Source of the DNA: a phage
Assembly (NCBI GenBank): GCA_009015555.1
Contig: GCA_009015555.1_3613.1
Length of the DNA stretch: 64,000 bases
Strand: one strand, 5' to 3'
Position numbers and translations under genes: made by a program
Shown: piece by piece, positions 54,706-63,020 of the stretch
How positions within the stretch are numbered: position 1 is the first letter of the stretch
Layout of the letters: every line of letters begins with the position of its first letter
The notes under the pieces: model-generated
Databases searched by the model: none
What the model saw: only the letters and a program-made list of their open reading frames with translations
What the model was told of the DNA's origin: nothing

Positions 54706-54938
54706 GAAAGTTCCATTACTTAGTCACCATCGACCTGGATGATGACCACCTTGAGCAGATGGTTAAGGACCAGCCTGACCTTATCGACTGCGAGACGTTC
54801 GAAGGAGTAGCCCCGGAAAACTTCGTAAGTGTTTTCGCAGAGAAGATGACCGAAGGTATTGACGAGGCTTTACAAGAAGGTCTCGGTGACGCTGGCAACA
54901 GCAAAGTTAAAACTATTTTCGCAGGAGAATGCAAATGA
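54702..54938 (+). CDS. hypothetical acidic protein (78 aa, TTG start)
   Basis: Track ORF; RBS AGGAGG. Confidence 0.45.
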   Translation: MRKFHYLVTIDLDDDHLEQMVKDQPDLIDCETFEGVAPENFVSVFAEKMTEGIDEALQEGLGDAGNSKVKTIFAGECK

Positions 54939-55004
54939 ACAGCACCGAATTAGTGATCGGCTACGGAGAAGGCATTCGTAGCGAAGAGGACTGGGGAGTT
55001 TTCG

Positions 55005-55175
55005 ATGAGCGCCCGGACCTTTAATCACCTGCCGGGGGCGGATGACCCCCGGAACCACGAATATAAGGGATACATCTGCCTTTGTTTTGTGTGCGGAAAC
55101 AAATATCTTGGTCCAAAACGCTCGGTTATGTGCAATCTTTGTGCAAACGGTAAAAAGCCTGTTGACAAAGAGTAG
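55005..55175 (+). CDS. small zinc-ribbon protein (56 aa; CLCFVCG...CNLCANG)
   Basis: ATG with RBS GGGGAG; two CxxC pairs; below track cut-off. Confidence 0.4.
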   Translation: MSARTFNHLPGADDPRNHEYKGYICLCFVCGNKYLGPKRSVMCNLCANGKKPVDKE

Positions 55176-55190
55176 AGCTACAGGTAATCT
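55162..55190 (+). promoter_or_regulatory. sigma70-like promoter upstream of tRNA cluster (TTGACA-17-TAATCT)
   Basis: Consensus -35; ~290-nt leader before first tRNA. Confidence 0.4.
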
Positions 55191-55477
55191 GAATATGTCC
55201 CGAACGAGATGACAATCAAGTAGGTGGATGGATAAGTCAACCCGGTCTGTTAAACGACCAAAGTGCCATTGCGGTTCGGGTTGAGTTCAGCCGGATAAAC
55301 AGCGGCTCCATCGACGGCCTCTGGAATAGCGACGGTTGCTTCAGGTCTCACGACCACCCGTTACGTGAAACACGCTTTTGCTGGACGAGAAGGGGAAGTC
55401 AACCCCACGGGCATACGTCCTCTGCCCATTTCTCCCTCCCCCGGAGCGTAACAACTACCGGACTTGCTGGGAGACTT

Positions 55478-55553
55478 GCTGGATTAGCTCAGTAGGTAGA
55501 GCGCCTCACTTGTAATGAGGATGTCGCGGGTTCGATTCCTGCATCCAGCACCA
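55478..55553 (+). tRNA. tRNA-Thr (anticodon TGT)
   Basis: Cloverleaf by hand: acceptor GCTGGAT/ATCCAGC, loop CTTGTAA, T-loop GGTTCGATTCC, encoded CCA. Confidence 0.8.
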
Positions 55554-55559
55554 GATCAT

Positions 55560-55636
55560 GCAACGTTGCCGGAGTCTGGTAACGGCTCTCGCTGCAAACG
55601 AGATGAGCACTGGTTCGAATCCAGTACGTTGCTCCA
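55560..55636 (+). tRNA. tRNA-Cys (anticodon GCA)
   Basis: Acceptor GCAACGT/ACGTTGC, loop CTGCAAA, T-loop GGTTCGAATCC, CCA. Confidence 0.8.
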
Positions 55637-55637
55637 A

Positions 55638-55714
55638 GCGCCTTTGGTCCAATTGGTAGAGGCACTACATTCAAAATGTAGGGGTTCCCAGTTCGAATCT
55701 GGGAAGGCGCACCA
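55638..55714 (+). tRNA. tRNA with Leu anticodon CAA but short (5-nt) variable arm; identity uncertain
   Basis: Acceptor GCGCCTT/AAGGCGC, anticodon stem CTACA/TGTAG, loop TTCAAAA, T-arm CCCAG-TTCGAAT-CTGGG, A73, CCA. Confidence 0.55.
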
Positions 55715-55730
55715 AAATTTATGTAACCTA

Positions 55731-55759
55731 TTGACATAGTGTAATTATACTGCTAATAT
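55731..55759 (+). promoter_or_regulatory. sigma70-like promoter (TTGACA-17-TAATAT)
   Basis: Consensus -35, good -10, upstream of ORF 55786. Confidence 0.5.
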
Positions 55760-55785
55760 GGATACACTAATTCAATGGGGGCATT

Positions 55786-56160
55786 ATGAGCAAGGCTGCG
55801 ATTGTAACTCGTAAGCGTGGTCGCCCAAGCAAAGAAGAGAGCACAGCAATCGCCCTTGAAAAGGCAATGCTTGATCTCCGAGGCGAATTGGCCCGTCTGA
55901 CGCCGAAGGCCATTCATACTCTCGAAAACCTGCTCACAACAGGCACAGAGAAAGTGAAGGAAACCACGGCGAAGTATATCCTTGAGCAGGCGAAAGAGGT
56001 TAACAACCTCTATACTGAAGAGGATAACGAAGACGACGCAGCAGGCGGCACAACATCTGCCTCTTCTGAAACTCACGCTGGTTCTTCTGACGAGATGAAA
56101 AATGCCATCCCGTTGACAACCCAGATTCGTGAGTATAAAGCAGTAGGCGAAGATGATTAA
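55786..56160 (+). CDS. small basic/acidic protein with AT-hook-like RKRGRPSK motif
   Basis: Track ORF; own promoter and terminator inside tRNA cluster. Confidence 0.55.
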   Translation: MSKAAIVTRKRGRPSKEESTAIALEKAMLDLRGELARLTPKAIHTLENLLTTGTEKVKETTAKYILEQAKEVNNLYTEEDNEDDAAGGTTSASSETHAGSSDEMKNAIPLTTQIREYKAVGEDD

Positions 56161-56163
56161 CTG

Positions 56164-56190
56164 GAAGGCTCCCGAAGGAGCCTTTATTAG
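56164..56190 (+). terminator. rho-independent terminator
   Basis: AGGCTCC-CGAA-GGAGCCT then TTTATT. Confidence 0.5.
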
Positions 56191-56325
56191 AAGTTCTCTT
56201 TTGACGGGCACTTGTTAACGACCCGCAGAATGACGACGGTGTACAACGGCGTTTGATGGCGAGGAAGGTCTATAGGGATCAGCGCAGATCCTTGGATGTC
56301 AGGTGAGCCGTACAAAAGAGAATTT

Positions 56326-56413
56326 GGGGAGTTATTTCCGTAGAGGTAGCGGTGCAGACTGTAAATCTGTTGTCATTGCGACTCGGGTGGTTCGACTCCA
56401 TCACTCCCCACCA
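56326..56413 (+). tRNA. tRNA-Tyr (anticodon GTA), long variable arm
   Basis: Loop CTGTAAA, variable arm GTCATTGCGACTC, T-loop GGTTCGACTCC, CCA. Confidence 0.8.
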
Positions 56414-56419
56414 AATTAT

Positions 56420-56514
56420 AGTAGGATGGCTGAGTGGCTTAAAGCAGCATCTTGGAAAGGTGTCGGATCAGGTAACCCCTGGTCCCGGGAGTTCAAATCT
56501 CCCTCCTACTGCCA
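56420..56514 (+). tRNA. tRNA-Ser (anticodon GGA), type II
   Basis: Acceptor AGTAGGA/TCCTACT, D-loop GAGTGGCTTAA, loop TTGGAAA, long variable arm, CCA. Confidence 0.75.
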
Positions 56515-56518
56515 GACC

Positions 56519-56595
56519 GGATCGTTAGCTCAATTGGTTAGAGCAAGGGACTTTTAATCCCGAGGTTCGGGGTTCGAGTCCCTGACGGTCCACCA
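56519..56595 (+). tRNA. tRNA-Lys (anticodon TTT)
   Basis: Acceptor GGATCGT/ACGGTCC, loop CTTTTAA, T-loop GGTTCGAGTCC, CCA. Confidence 0.8.
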
Positions 56596-56760
56596 GAAAG
56601 GAAGAGGGTCCAAGCTGGTAATGCGAGAGGCGAGTCCTCAGACCAAAGCCCAGATGGAGGCCACCCTAAAGTCGTCCAACCGAAGGTCCCTGATTGAGTA
56701 ATACTTCCCCGCTTGTCGGGTACAGTTCTCAGTCACACCGGAAGGGGCGCACCCTATAAT

Positions 56761-56836
56761 TGACGGTGAGCATATAAGGACATGCGGGGGCCTGTTAAGT
56801 CCAGGATAGCTGGTTCGAATCCAGTACCGTCAGCCA
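56761..56836 (+). tRNA. tRNA-Asn (anticodon GTT)
   Basis: Acceptor TGACGGT/ACCGTCA, loop CTGTTAA, T-loop GGTTCGAATCC, CCA. Confidence 0.75.
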
Positions 56837-56945
56837 ATTTGGTTCCGACAAGGTGACGGCGCACCCCGGAGCGACGCTGAAAGATGCAGGCCGACGAACA
56901 CATACGTGTACTTAATCAATAGTCATTGCGATGGCTATTCGTTAA

Positions 56946-57023
56946 GTCCTGGTAGACAAACTGGATAAAGTCACCACCCTTTCAAGGTGGGGTTTGAGGG
57001 TTCGATCCCCTCTCAGGACGCCA
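56946..57023 (+). tRNA. tRNA-Glu (anticodon TTC)
   Basis: Anticodon stem CCACC/GGTGG, loop CTTTCAA, T-loop GGTTCGATCCC, CCA. Confidence 0.75.
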
Positions 57024-57117
57024 ATCTTTTAGGTCGGTAGATTAATGAGCAAAGGCCGCTCGCTGGATTCCAACCCCAGTTCAAGGCGTTCGATTCGTCA
57101 CCTTCCTGCCAAATTCA

Positions 57118-57193
57118 GGTCCTATGGTATTAGCGGTAAACATACTCGCCTGTCACGCGAGAGTCACGGGTTCGAATCCCGTTAGGACCGCCA
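57118..57193 (+). tRNA. tRNA-Asp (anticodon GTC)
   Basis: Acceptor GGTCCTA/TAGGACC, loop CTGTCAC, T-loop GGTTCGAATCC, CCA. Confidence 0.8.
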
Positions 57194-57200
57194 CTTCAAA

Positions 57201-57275
57201 TGGGGATTAGCTCAGGGGTAGAGCGCACAACTGATAATTGTGAGGTCGGTGGTTCGAAACCACCATCCCCAACCA
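57201..57275 (+). tRNA. tRNA-Ile (anticodon GAT)
   Basis: Acceptor TGGGGAT/ATCCCCA, loop CTGATAA, T-loop GGTTCGAAACC, CCA. Confidence 0.8.
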
Positions 57276-57345
57276 AACAGCCCCTCCCGGGATTGGACCG
57301 GGTTAACGGCAATCGCACACTGAGGCGTCTTCCGGGGGAACAATA

Positions 57346-57422
<77 letters not shown>

Positions 57423-57428
57423 AATTAT

Positions 57429-57503
57429 TGCGAGGTAGTTCAGCGGTAGAACAGGGGTTTCATACGCCTCATGTCGGCAGTTCGATTCTGCCCTTCGCAA
57501 CCA
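57429..57503 (+). tRNA. tRNA-Met (anticodon CAT; initiator/elongator/Ile-lysidine not resolved)
   Basis: Acceptor TGCGAGG/CTTCGCA, loop TTCATAC, T-loop AGTTCGATTCT, CCA. Confidence 0.7.
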
Positions 57504-57509
57504 AATCAT

Positions 57510-57587
57510 GCTCCAGTAGCCCAATTGGTAGAGGCACTTGATTTAGGATCATGTCAGCGATGAGTTCGAATCTCTCCTGGAGTACCA
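57510..57587 (+). tRNA. tRNA-like gene with Leu anticodon TAG, short variable arm and weak T-stem; identity uncertain
   Basis: Acceptor GCTCCAG/CTGGAGT, D-arm CCAATTGGTAGAGG shared with 55638 tRNA, loop TTTAGGA, A73, CCA. Confidence 0.45.
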
Positions 57588-57593
57588 CATAAA

Positions 57594-57667
57594 GCGGGCA
57601 TGGTATAGTGGTTGTGCCTTAGCCTTCCAAGCTAATGAGTCCGGTTCGATCCCGGATGTCCGCTCCA
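57594..57667 (+). tRNA. tRNA-Gly (anticodon TCC)
   Basis: Acceptor GCGGGCA/TGTCCGC, stem TTAGC/GCTAA, loop CTTCCAA, T-loop GGTTCGATCCC, CCA. Confidence 0.8.
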
Positions 57668-57740
57668 ATTCACGGTGAGTCACTGCCGTTAAGTGTGAAG
57701 TTAAAAATGCCCGTGGTGATCGGGTTATCTCACCCAGTGT

Positions 57741-57816
57741 AGGGGATTAGTTTAATTGGTAAAACATCGGGTTTTGATCCCGACATCGCGAGGTTCGAAT
57801 CCTCCATCCCCCGCCA
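57741..57816 (+). tRNA. tRNA-Gln (anticodon TTG)
   Basis: Stem TCGGG/CCCGA, loop TTTTGAT, T-loop GGTTCGAATCC, CCA; 1-72 is A-C mismatch. Confidence 0.7.
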
Positions 57817-57898
57817 CATTAATGCTCATTAGCTCTTGTCAGTGGAACTCGAACCCTTAGAGCAGGCGACACAGACGTGTGTTTTAGTGAGCATCAAT

Positions 57899-57974
57899 GT
57901 GGCCTTAATTCAGCAGGTAGAATCCCCGGTTGTGAACCGGGCAGTCGTGGGTTCAAGTCCCACAGGTCACCCCA
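57899..57974 (+). tRNA. tRNA-His (anticodon GTG)
   Basis: Acceptor GTGGCCT/AGGTCAC, stem CCCGG/CCGGG, loop TTGTGAA, C73, CCA. Confidence 0.8.
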
Positions 57975-57978
57975 ATCT

Positions 57979-58071
57979 GGAAGATAGGGCGTAGTGGTAC
58001 GCACCCGGATTTGAACCCCGGCCCGCTGTGGCGACCCCACGGTGATAGTTCGACTCTATTATCTTCCGCCA
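57979..58071 (+). tRNA. tRNA-Ser (anticodon TGA), type II
   Basis: Collinear with bacterial tRNA-Ser(UGA): acceptor GGAAGAT, loop TTTGAAC, long variable arm, ...TTCC-G-CCA end. Confidence 0.7.
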
Positions 58072-58092
58072 CCCCTGATCATAAGGCAAACT

Positions 58093-58785
58093 ATGTTAGA
58101 AATGTTAACAGTGGGTAAATACACCCCTAGTCCTATAATTTCTAGCCCTATGGATGCTTATTTTGAGGGCGAGAGGAATAATAAATACGGCACTGTTGAG
58201 TGGGTTGTTCCTCAAGGCGTCACCTCAATCTGCTGTGTAGTGATAGGCGCAGGATCTTCTGGCAGAAGCGGCGGTCTTTCTTGGAGAAACAACATTCCAG
58301 TTACACCTGGTGAAAAACTTAAAATGCAGGTTAACTCCACAGCCAGCGCCCTCTTGAGAGAGACAACTATCCTTTGTGCTGCCCAGTGTGGCGGCAACGG
58401 AGGAAAAACATATAACTCTGTGAACGACGGTGGAGGCAATGCTGGACAATCACCACATGGTAGAGGTGGTGCTGGCGGCTACACCGGGAATGGTGGTGAT
58501 GGGCATACGTTCACAGGTGGTCCAGGACCAGGGTCCCCAGGTTCAGGTGGCGGCGGCGGCGGAGGCGCAGTTGTGTATCTGAACGGATCATTGACACCAA
58601 CTGTCTGCGGCGGAGTCGGCATGTATGGACAGGGGTCGAATGGTGGCGCTGATAACAGCGCCGGATATCCAGGCTCCGGCGGTTCTGGAACAAGATACGG
58701 AAGAGCAGTCGATGGTTATGGTGTTGTCAGGGTTGTGTGGGGAAATTATTCATTCCCAACAAATGCCCCGAGACCGAAATCCTGA
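58093..58785 (+). CDS. glycine-rich repeat protein (GGxGG tracts, poly-Gly run) embedded in tRNA cluster
   Basis: Track ORF 58042..58785; start at ATG after AAGG just downstream of tRNA-Ser. Confidence 0.5.
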   Translation: MLEMLTVGKYTPSPIISSPMDAYFEGERNNKYGTVEWVVPQGVTSICCVVIGAGSSGRSGGLSWRNNIPVTPGEKLKMQVNSTASALLRETTILCAAQCGGNGGKTYNSVNDGGGNAGQSPHGRGGAGGYTGNGGDGHTFTGGPGPGSPGSGGGGGGGAVVYLNGSLTPTVCGGVGMYGQGSNGGADNSAGYPGSGGSGTRYGRAVDGYGVVRVVWGNYSFPTNAPRPKS

Positions 58786-58856
58786 TAGGGATGGTCCCTA
58801 CGAGGATCGTCTTTTGCTCAGTGGTACTCAGCATTTACTTAGTATTCAAACAATAT

Positions 58857-58943
58857 AGAAGAGTGGCGAAATAGGTAGCCGCACCGGACTGCTAATCCGG
58901 GGTCCTTCGGGGCCTGAGAGTTCAAGTCTCTCCTCTTCTGCCA
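58857..58943 (+). tRNA. tRNA-Ser (anticodon GCT), type II
   Basis: Acceptor AGAAGAG/CTCTTCT, stem CCGGA/TCCGG, loop CTGCTAA, long variable arm, CCA. Confidence 0.75.
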
Positions 58944-58948
58944 AGCAT

Positions 58949-59024
58949 GGAACTGTAGCTCAGTTGGTAGAGCGGTTGCCTGAAGAGCAGCGCGTCAGCG
59001 GTTCAAATCCGTTCAGTTCCACCA
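58949..59024 (+). tRNA. tRNA-Phe (anticodon GAA)
   Basis: Acceptor GGAACTG/CAGTTCC, D-arm TAGCTCAGTTGGTAGAGC, loop CTGAAGA, T-loop GGTTCAAATCC, CCA. Confidence 0.8.
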
Positions 59025-59063
59025 CATTCTAACAAGAATAAAATATCTCCTCTCCTTCGCCTC

Positions 59064-59094
59064 AGTGCCCTCCTTCGTGGAGGGCTTTTTTATT
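59064..59094 (+). terminator. rho-independent terminator closing tRNA cluster
   Basis: GCCCTCC-TTCGT-GGAGGGC then TTTTTTATTT. Confidence 0.5.
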
Positions 59095-59130
59095 TCTGGT
59101 TTCGGTGATAAAATACCCAAAGGAGGTATT

Positions 59131-59502
59131 ATGACAACTTTCATATTGAAGTACAAGAAGTACCTGATCGGCATCGGGGTCGCGGCCCTTCTGCTGTTCT
59201 CCTTTAATTGGTATGTCGGCACCAAGGAGGATGCGGCTTATGACCGTGGCTTTCAGTATGCAAACACCCAGTGGGAGAAAAAGGGAAAAGAGTACGTTGA
59301 TCTTATCGACAAAGGTAAGGCTGACAACACGGCTCTTAATGAAGAACTGGCTCGGGTATCTGAGGAAAAGCGTAAGCTGGAAGAAGCCCGCCGTCATAAT
59401 GTAAACGACAAACAGGTCGAATACAACAAAACTGAAGCCGCCCGGAAGAAAGGGTTGGACGATGACTTTGTGGATCTGTACAACGAATCCTTGGGGGACT
59501 GA
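59131..59502 (+). CDS. i-spanin (Rz)-like protein: N-terminal TM helix plus charged coiled-coil
   Basis: Track ORF 59065..59502; start at ATG after AAAGGAGG; LIGIGVAALLLFSF then KRKLEEARR. Confidence 0.55.
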   Translation: MTTFILKYKKYLIGIGVAALLLFSFNWYVGTKEDAAYDRGFQYANTQWEKKGKEYVDLIDKGKADNTALNEELARVSEEKRKLEEARRHNVNDKQVEYNKTEAARKKGLDDDFVDLYNESLGD

Positions 59503-59816
59503 TGAGAAAATTTATTCTCGGAATGTTCATGGTTCTGGCACTGTCAGCGTGCAGCAACAAAGACAGAATCCCAGAGGTTGCCTTCAAGGGCACCACGGTA
59601 GAAGACCTTGTAGATAAGCCGGACCGAGAGCTAATGCGTAAGGCTCCACCAAAGCAGTACCTCAAGAAAGGTACAGACAACGGTGAAGGCGCGGTTGTTA
59701 TAAGTAACAACAACTTGCGGGCAGCGACAGTCGAGCGCAGGCTCGAAGACCTCCAGCAATACGTCTGCAACCTCTTCCAAGACCCAGTTGGGGAAGTCTG
59801 CGTAAAGGGTAAGTGA
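59502..59816 (+). CDS. o-spanin (Rz1)-like outer-membrane lipoprotein (lipobox LSAC)
   Basis: Track ORF; start overlaps Rz-like stop (TGATG); signal peptide MFMVLALSAC. Confidence 0.5.
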   Translation: MRKFILGMFMVLALSACSNKDRIPEVAFKGTTVEDLVDKPDRELMRKAPPKQYLKKGTDNGEGAVVISNNNLRAATVERRLEDLQQYVCNLFQDPVGEVCVKGK

Positions 59817-59825
59817 TTGTGCCAA

Positions 59826-59860
59826 AAGGCTCTCCATACGTGGAGGGCCTTTTCTTTTAG
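59826..59860 (+). terminator. rho-independent terminator
   Basis: AGGCTCTCCA-TACG-TGGAGGGCCT then TTTCTTTT. Confidence 0.5.
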
Positions 59861-59921
59861 GTCACTTTGTGATAATATACCTACTATCGAAGCATGTCAA
59901 TTTATTTATTCAGGAGAGTTA

Positions 59922-61409
59922 ATGTCCGCTACATTCGCACCCGCGAGTCGTAAGCAACAGATGGTTCTCGAATCTAAAGCACAGATCCTCATCATGGGTG
60001 GCGCAGCAGGCTCCGGCAAATCTTACCTGCTCCAGTTGATGCCCCTGTTGATCATTGATGATCCTCGTACAGCTTGCATCATGTTCCGCCGTACAGTGCC
60101 TCAGATTCGTGGTCAGGGCGGTCTGTTCGACAAAGCGAAAGATATTTACAACCAGCTTCCTCCGGTCGTCAAGCCTAAGTTCAAAGAGAACGAGATGATT
60201 GCGACCTTCCCGAACGGGGCGACGGTGAAGTGGCAGTCCATGCAGCACATCAACGATAAGTATAACATCCAGGGTCTGGAATTTACTTTCATTGGTGTGG
60301 ATGAAGGGACCCAGTTTGACTGGGAACAGCTTGAGTACATGATGTCGCGTTTGCGTTCAAACTCAAAGTACCCTTCCCGTATGGTCGTATCTTGTAACCC
60401 CGACCCGGATCATAAGCTCCGGGAAATGATTGACTGGTATCTGGATGAGAATGGTCTGCCGATCCCTGAACGTGACGGAGTTATCCGTTGGTTTGTTCGT
60501 GTGGATGACAACTACATCTGGGGTTCCACCAAGGAAGAACTGAAGCAACGCTTCGGTAAGAAATGTAAGCCTGTTTCATTCAGCTTCATCTCTTCCACCA
60601 TTTACGACAACCCTCCGATGCTGATCAACAACCCGGAGTACCTTGCCCAGTTGGAAGGTCTGAACGATGTTGACCGCGCCCGCCTGCTTCACGGCAACTG
60701 GGACGCTCGCCCGGAAGGTGCAAACTATTTCAAACGTGAGTTCCTGAAAGAGGTGGATTGCCTCCCGATGAACGTCACGAAAGTCCGTGCTTACGATAAG
60801 GCAGGTACGGAGCGATCCACAGCAAACAAAACCCCTGACTTTACGGCGGGGATTGGTGTGGCCCGCGATGACGACGGATTTTATTACCTGTATGGAAACT
60901 ACCATGACGATTTCATCGACAATGGTGAGTGGTCCACTGGCACCGCCGGGCGCTTCTGTAAGAAAGCTGGCGAACGTGACGTGATTATCACGAAGCAGGC
61001 AATGCTGGACGGTGACGACACAATCGTCATTTTCTCCGTTGACCCCGGTCAGGCAGGTATCTCCGAGTTCACCACGTCATCCCGTGATCTTATCTCGAAA
61101 GGGTATATGGTAGAGAAAGACCCGACACCCGGTAACAAATCGAAGCTAACCCGCTTCTCCCCGTTTGCCCAGTTGGCACAGAACGGATTTGTCCGGATCG
61201 TTAAGAAGTCATTCCCTCTGGACACGTACAACGCATTGATGAAAGAACTTGAGTCTTTCAACGGTGAACGTTCTACCGGGTCCCGTAAGGATGACTGGGC
61301 GGATGCCGTGGCATCAGGAATTAACTTCCTGGAGAAGACCGAGGTCGTCCGCGCCGTCGCTATTCCTCGACCAAATGCCCCTACTCTGTACGCCTCACGT
61401 CGTTATTAA
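59922..61409 (+). CDS. terminase large subunit
   Basis: Walker A GGAAGSGKS, Walker B FIGVDEG, C-terminal nuclease region; RBS CAGGAGAG (track ORF from 59817). Confidence 0.9.
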   Translation: MSATFAPASRKQQMVLESKAQILIMGGAAGSGKSYLLQLMPLLIIDDPRTACIMFRRTVPQIRGQGGLFDKAKDIYNQLPPVVKPKFKENEMIATFPNGATVKWQSMQHINDKYNIQGLEFTFIGVDEGTQFDWEQLEYMMSRLRSNSKYPSRMVVSCNPDPDHKLREMIDWYLDENGLPIPERDGVIRWFVRVDDNYIWGSTKEELKQRFGKKCKPVSFSFISSTIYDNPPMLINNPEYLAQLEGLNDVDRARLLHGNWDARPEGANYFKREFLKEVDCLPMNVTKVRAYDKAGTERSTANKTPDFTAGIGVARDDDGFYYLYGNYHDDFIDNGEWSTGTAGRFCKKAGERDVIITKQAMLDGDDTIVIFSVDPGQAGISEFTTSSRDLISKGYMVEKDPTPGNKSKLTRFSPFAQLAQNGFVRIVKKSFPLDTYNALMKELESFNGERSTGSRKDDWADAVASGINFLEKTEVVRAVAIPRPNAPTLYASRRY

Positions 61410-61427
61410 TATCACAGGGGATATGCC

Positions 61428-62951
61428 GTGTCAAGAAAACGTAATCGTAACCGCTCCGTTAAAGTGGCTAAGGCCACCAGCGAGCAACTTAACGTATCCC
61501 GTATGCGTATGAGTGAGCAAGGGACCTTTGCTCTGGCTAAGGTTCAGGTTGACTCCGAACGTATGAAGGCCGAAGAGATTCGCTGGCCCAACCTGATTGG
61601 TACAGTCGAGTCAATGAAGCAGGACGCCACCGTTGCGACGGGCCTTGACATGCTGTACACTTTCGTGGAGAAGGCGTTCAAGGATTTCAAGGTAATCCCT
61701 GGCGAATCTGAGGAGTCCAAAAAGGCTGCTAAGTTTGTTGAGTATTGCCTGAAGAACATGGAAGGTCAAACCCTTCGTCAGTTCGCCCGTGACGCCGCAA
61801 CATTCAACGAGTATGGCCTGTCAGTTGTGGAGAAAGTCTACACTCAGGTTACTGTTGGGGAATACATCGGCAAGTACAAGGTAAAGAACCTTGCTTTCCG
61901 ACCGCAGGCGTCCTTGAGCCGGACAAACCCGATTGTTTACAATGAGGACGGCTCTGCCATCATCGGTATTAAACAATCCCTATCTGCGTTCCAGAACTAC
62001 ACAGCCAGTGAGATTGGTGTTGGTGGCGTATCCACCCGCATGAGTGATGTCATTATCCCAATCAATCGTGTCATGCTGATGAACACGGGAGGCTCTTCAT
62101 CTCAGGCTCTCGGTGTCTCTCCTCTGGTAGGGTGCTACCGAGCGTGGCGTGAAAAGATTCTGATTGAGAACCTTGAGGTTGTTGGCGCAACCAAGGACAT
62201 GGGTGGTGTGATCGAATTGAAGATCCCTTCCCAGATCCTGAACAAAGCTGCAATGGACCAGTCTTCTCCTGAAGCAGAAATGGTCCGTGGCCTGATGTCT
62301 GACGCTGCAAATGCCCACTCCGGTGAGCAGTCATTCTTCATGCTGCCATCTGATACAAAGGATAACGCCCCTCAGTATTCAATGACCCTCAAGGGCATCG
62401 ACGGGATGGGTAAGCAGTACAGCACCGCACAGTTGATCAGTGACCGTAAGAAGTCAATCCTTGATCGTCTGGGCGCTGGCTTCATCAACGTGGGTAACGA
62501 CAAAGGCGGTTCTTACAACCTGTCTGAGTCCAAGCAGACTATCCACACCCAGTTTGTTCAACGTGTAAACGAGATCATTCTGGAAGCTCTGAACGAAAAC
62601 CTGCTGCCACAATTGCTGGCTCTGAACGATATGCGCCTCCCGGAGACGGAGATGCCATACGTCAAGGCTGGGGAAATCGTGGACGTGGACATGGAAGGTT
62701 TCTCCAAGGCGATTCAGCGTATTGGTGCCGTTGGATACCTGCCGAAAACTCCGAAGGTTATCAACCGTGTACTGGAAGTTCTGGGCATTGATGAGAAGAT
62801 TGAGGAAGACATTTCTCAGGAAGAACTCATGAAGCTGTTGGGTGAAGATACGAGCCGCGCCGGAGACGGCATGACGAAAGGATCTTCTGGTAACGGTACT
62901 GGCAAAATCTCTTCCACAAGAGATAATTCAGCGGCTAATTTGGATAATTAA
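61428..62951 (+). CDS. portal protein (by size and position after terminase), GTG start
   Basis: 507-aa ORF immediately downstream of terminase; RBS AGGGGA. Confidence 0.6.
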   Translation: MSRKRNRNRSVKVAKATSEQLNVSRMRMSEQGTFALAKVQVDSERMKAEEIRWPNLIGTVESMKQDATVATGLDMLYTFVEKAFKDFKVIPGESEESKKAAKFVEYCLKNMEGQTLRQFARDAATFNEYGLSVVEKVYTQVTVGEYIGKYKVKNLAFRPQASLSRTNPIVYNEDGSAIIGIKQSLSAFQNYTASEIGVGGVSTRMSDVIIPINRVMLMNTGGSSSQALGVSPLVGCYRAWREKILIENLEVVGATKDMGGVIELKIPSQILNKAAMDQSSPEAEMVRGLMSDAANAHSGEQSFFMLPSDTKDNAPQYSMTLKGIDGMGKQYSTAQLISDRKKSILDRLGAGFINVGNDKGGSYNLSESKQTIHTQFVQRVNEIILEALNENLLPQLLALNDMRLPETEMPYVKAGEIVDVDMEGFSKAIQRIGAVGYLPKTPKVINRVLEVLGIDEKIEEDISQEELMKLLGEDTSRAGDGMTKGSSGNGTGKISSTRDNSAANLDN

Positions 62952-63020
62952 TCCGGTCGTGAAAACAACCTGTTGCAAAACAGTCAGTTCAGTGCTAAAA
63001 TAATTATCACGGGAGCAATG

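Noticed and set aside
54935-55024. 29-aa ORF MNSTELVIGYGEGIRSEEDWGVFDERPDL
   Set aside because: Overlaps the better-supported zinc-ribbon ORF start and has no clear RBS; left uncalled.
57024-57117. Possible additional tRNA-Trp(CCA) in spacer
   Set aside because: 3' half is tRNA-like and ends in CCA, but no 5' acceptor strand pairs with CCTTCCT (best candidate 5 of 7); kept as a remnant in findings, not called as a gene.
57843-57855. GGAACTCGAACCC, which reads as a T-arm on the minus strand
   Set aside because: Reverse complement gives no acceptor stem or anticodon arm; likely chance match inside a spacer dyad.
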